Assembly (NCBI GenBank): GCA_030141605.1
Contig: JAQGDQ010000554.1
Coordinates: 1 to 64,000, forward strand
Length of the DNA: 64,000 nucleotides
Origin: Tubiluchus corallicola
Lineage: Eukaryota > Animalia > Priapulida
Direction of reading: 5' to 3'
Part shown: piece by piece, positions 62,166-64,000 of the stretch
How the letters are laid out: the number at the start of each line of letters is the position of its first letter
Position numbering within the stretch: the first letter of the stretch is position 1
Notes under the pieces: model-generated
Told to the model about the DNA's origin: nothing
The model's input: only the letters and a program-made list of their open reading frames with translations
Databases searched by the model: none
Translations under genes and position numbers: made by a program

Positions 62166-64000
62166 ATGGTTGTGAAGACTGCAGGAGGAATCATGGAGAA
62201 TAATGAGCTAGAGGAACTCAAACAGCTCATAAACCTTTGGAATGCAAACAGATATGACATGTTTGAAATTAGCGCTCCGGATGAGACCGGTGAATTCCAT
62301 GGTGTCATGAGGTTCTATTTCCAGGAGCATGGAGCAAAAGTGGCCACCAAATGCATTCGAGTTGGCAGTACAGCCACCACCAATGATGTCATAGCTACAC
62401 TTATTGAAAAATTCCGTCCAGATATGCGAATGTTAGATCTGCCTGAGTACTCGCTGTATGAAGTCCACGTGAATGGAGAAGAGAGAAAGTTGGGACCATT
62501 GGAGCAACCTCTTTTTGTTCAGCTGAATTGGGGAGTTGATGATAGAGAAGGCAGATTTTTGTTGAAGACAGAAGGTGATGTGAAAATACCTGCCAGGGAA
62601 CAAACAGATTTGAACAGAAAGTTGTCAAAACGAGAATCAAAGAAGAAAAAGAAACGTGAAAAAGAAGCAGAGAAGAAGAATGAAAAAGACGACGGGCATG
62701 TAGCTGAAAAGCTATATTCTGAGTTGCCAGAAACTAGCTTCACACGAAGTATTTCTAACCCAGAAGCAGTGATGCGTCGTCGTCGACAACAAAAGCTTGA
62801 AAAAAAGTTGCAAGAGTACCGTAGTCAGGATGGGGGCCCTGACACTGGTGGTACATTGAAGATTTATGGTGAATGCTTAGACCCAAAAGTGCCTTATAAA
62901 ACATTACTGTTGTCTATTACTGATCGAGCTTATGGCATAGTGAGACAAACCCTTGATAAATATGGATTTGAGAAAGAAGATGCTGATAATTATTGTTTGT
63001 ATGAGGTACATATACCACAAGATGGTGAATTTCATGGAACCACGTCAAAAGAGAAAGTGTTAGATGATGATGAAGCCCCTCTTGCTATTTTAATGCATCC
63101 ATCCCCTACTAGGGATCAAATTATTTTTCAGATAAGAAAACGGCCTGCCGATCACCCCCCTAGAAGGCGGAGGAAGCAGCAGAAGCCAACAGTCCATGCT
63201 GATGCTACTGATAGTGCACGACTGGATTCACCACAGAATCCAAAGAATACTTTACCATTTTTGCTGCAACTGAATCCTGATGGCTCTGATATAGTAGGCT
63301 CTGTTCCTGTAAGACATAAGCTTTATCCTAATGTAACTGAAGTTGGAAGTGAACGTCCCAATACTAGCGAACAGTGCTTGCAGTTGTTTGGCCCAGATAT
63401 CCATCCTCGGCATTGTTTAATTGCATGTACTGGAGGCATAGTAACAGTGACTCCATCTAATCCGGATGCAGAGACTTGGATAAATAACCAGCGCATTCAA
63501 GAAACAACAATGTTACAAGACGAAATGGTTGTGCGATTTGGTCGTATGCACACTTTTCTTTTTTGCGATTCTTCTTCAAGAGAAGTGTCTGAGGATCAGG
63601 GAGAAGCAGGTAATAAAACAACGTCCGAGCAGCCAAACTATGAGACAACCTTTGATGTAGATGGCCACATCCAAACATCTGTTTCTAGTACACAGTTAAA
63701 TCGTATGGCAGATATGTCAGATGTTATGCGGAATCCTTCTTTGAGAATAGAAGTACTTCCAGCAACACTGGAATTTAGAGAAAATGCAGAAAGTCAACTT
63801 TTGACCCACATAATTGCTCATGCAGATGTGCATCAGTTGCAGTTTAAATTAGCGCCAACCTACACGCTATATATGGCTATACGTTATCGAGCCTCACGTC
63901 AGTACCGTCCTGATGCATCACCTATGGAACGTGCACAAAGGCTAACAGCTTTTGCAAACAGAATTGCTAACATTATTGGAGAAACTGTCCAAGCTGTACA
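62166..64000 (+). CDS. AFDN: Afadin (AF-6/canoe) N-terminal part: RA1, RA2, FHA and the region preceding the DIL domain; open to the window edge
   Basis: WNANRYDMFEIS...EFHGVMRFYFQ, TKCIRV...LIEKFRPDMRML, QLNW..DDREGRFLLK, LPETSFTRSISNPEAVMRRRRQQKLEKKL, GGTLKIYG..L.P.VPYKTLLLS, FHA QLFGPDIHPRHC and FKLAPTYTLYM. An in-frame TGA at 62145 fixes the start at ATG 62166 or 62193. Absent from the ORF track because there is no stop inside the window. Confidence 0.95.
   Translation, partial: MVVKTAGGIMENNELEELKQLINLWNANRYDMFEISAPDETGEFHGVMRFYFQEHGAKVATKCIRVGSTATTNDVIATLIEKFRPDMRMLDLPEYSLYEVHVNGEERKLGPLEQPLFVQLNWGVDDREGRFLLKTEGDVKIPAREQTDLNRKLSKRESKKKKKREKEAEKKNEKDDGHVAEKLYSELPETSFTRSISNPEAVMRRRRQQKLEKKLQEYRSQDGGPDTGGTLKIYGECLDPKVPYKTLLLSITDRAYGIVRQTLDKYGFEKEDADNYCLYEVHIPQDGEFHGTTSKEKVLDDDEAPLAILMHPSPTRDQIIFQIRKRPADHPPRRRRKQQKPTVHADATDSARLDSPQNPKNTLPFLLQLNPDGSDIVGSVPVRHKLYPNVTEVGSERPNTSEQCLQLFGPDIHPRHCLIACTGGIVTVTPSNPDAETWINNQRIQETTMLQDEMVVRFGRMHTFLFCDSSSREVSEDQGEAGNKTTSEQPNYETTFDVDGHIQTSVSSTQLNRMADMSDVMRNPSLRIEVLPATLEFRENAESQLLTHIIAHADVHQLQFKLAPTYTLYMAIRYRASRQYRPDASPMERAQRLTAFANRIANIIGETVQAV

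Overview
AT-rich, intron-rich eukaryotic DNA from an animal, probably an invertebrate (species not determinable from sequence). Seven protein-coding genes can be built with GT-AG splice sites: ERGIC2 (-, 3' part runs off the left edge), TMEM117 (+, 10 coding exons), FBXW5 (+, single coding exon), ACAD10 (+, 19 coding exons), urease accessory protein UreF (-, intronless), a C19orf53/UPF0390 homologue (-, 3 exons) and afadin (+, runs off the right edge, no intron in 1.8 kb). The main observation is that the UreF ORF starts only 14 nt after the C19orf53 stop codon, inside the same terminal exon. There is no ATG in any frame between the two start codons on the spliced message, which points to a bicistronic C19orf53-UreF mRNA. 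Introns and intergenic DNA hold many non-autonomous DNA transposons (hAT-, MULE-, Sola3-, Tc1/mariner- and Harbinger-like), LINE fragments, a 19-copy minisatellite and microsatellites. Gene names come from recognising translated motifs by eye; no database search was run.
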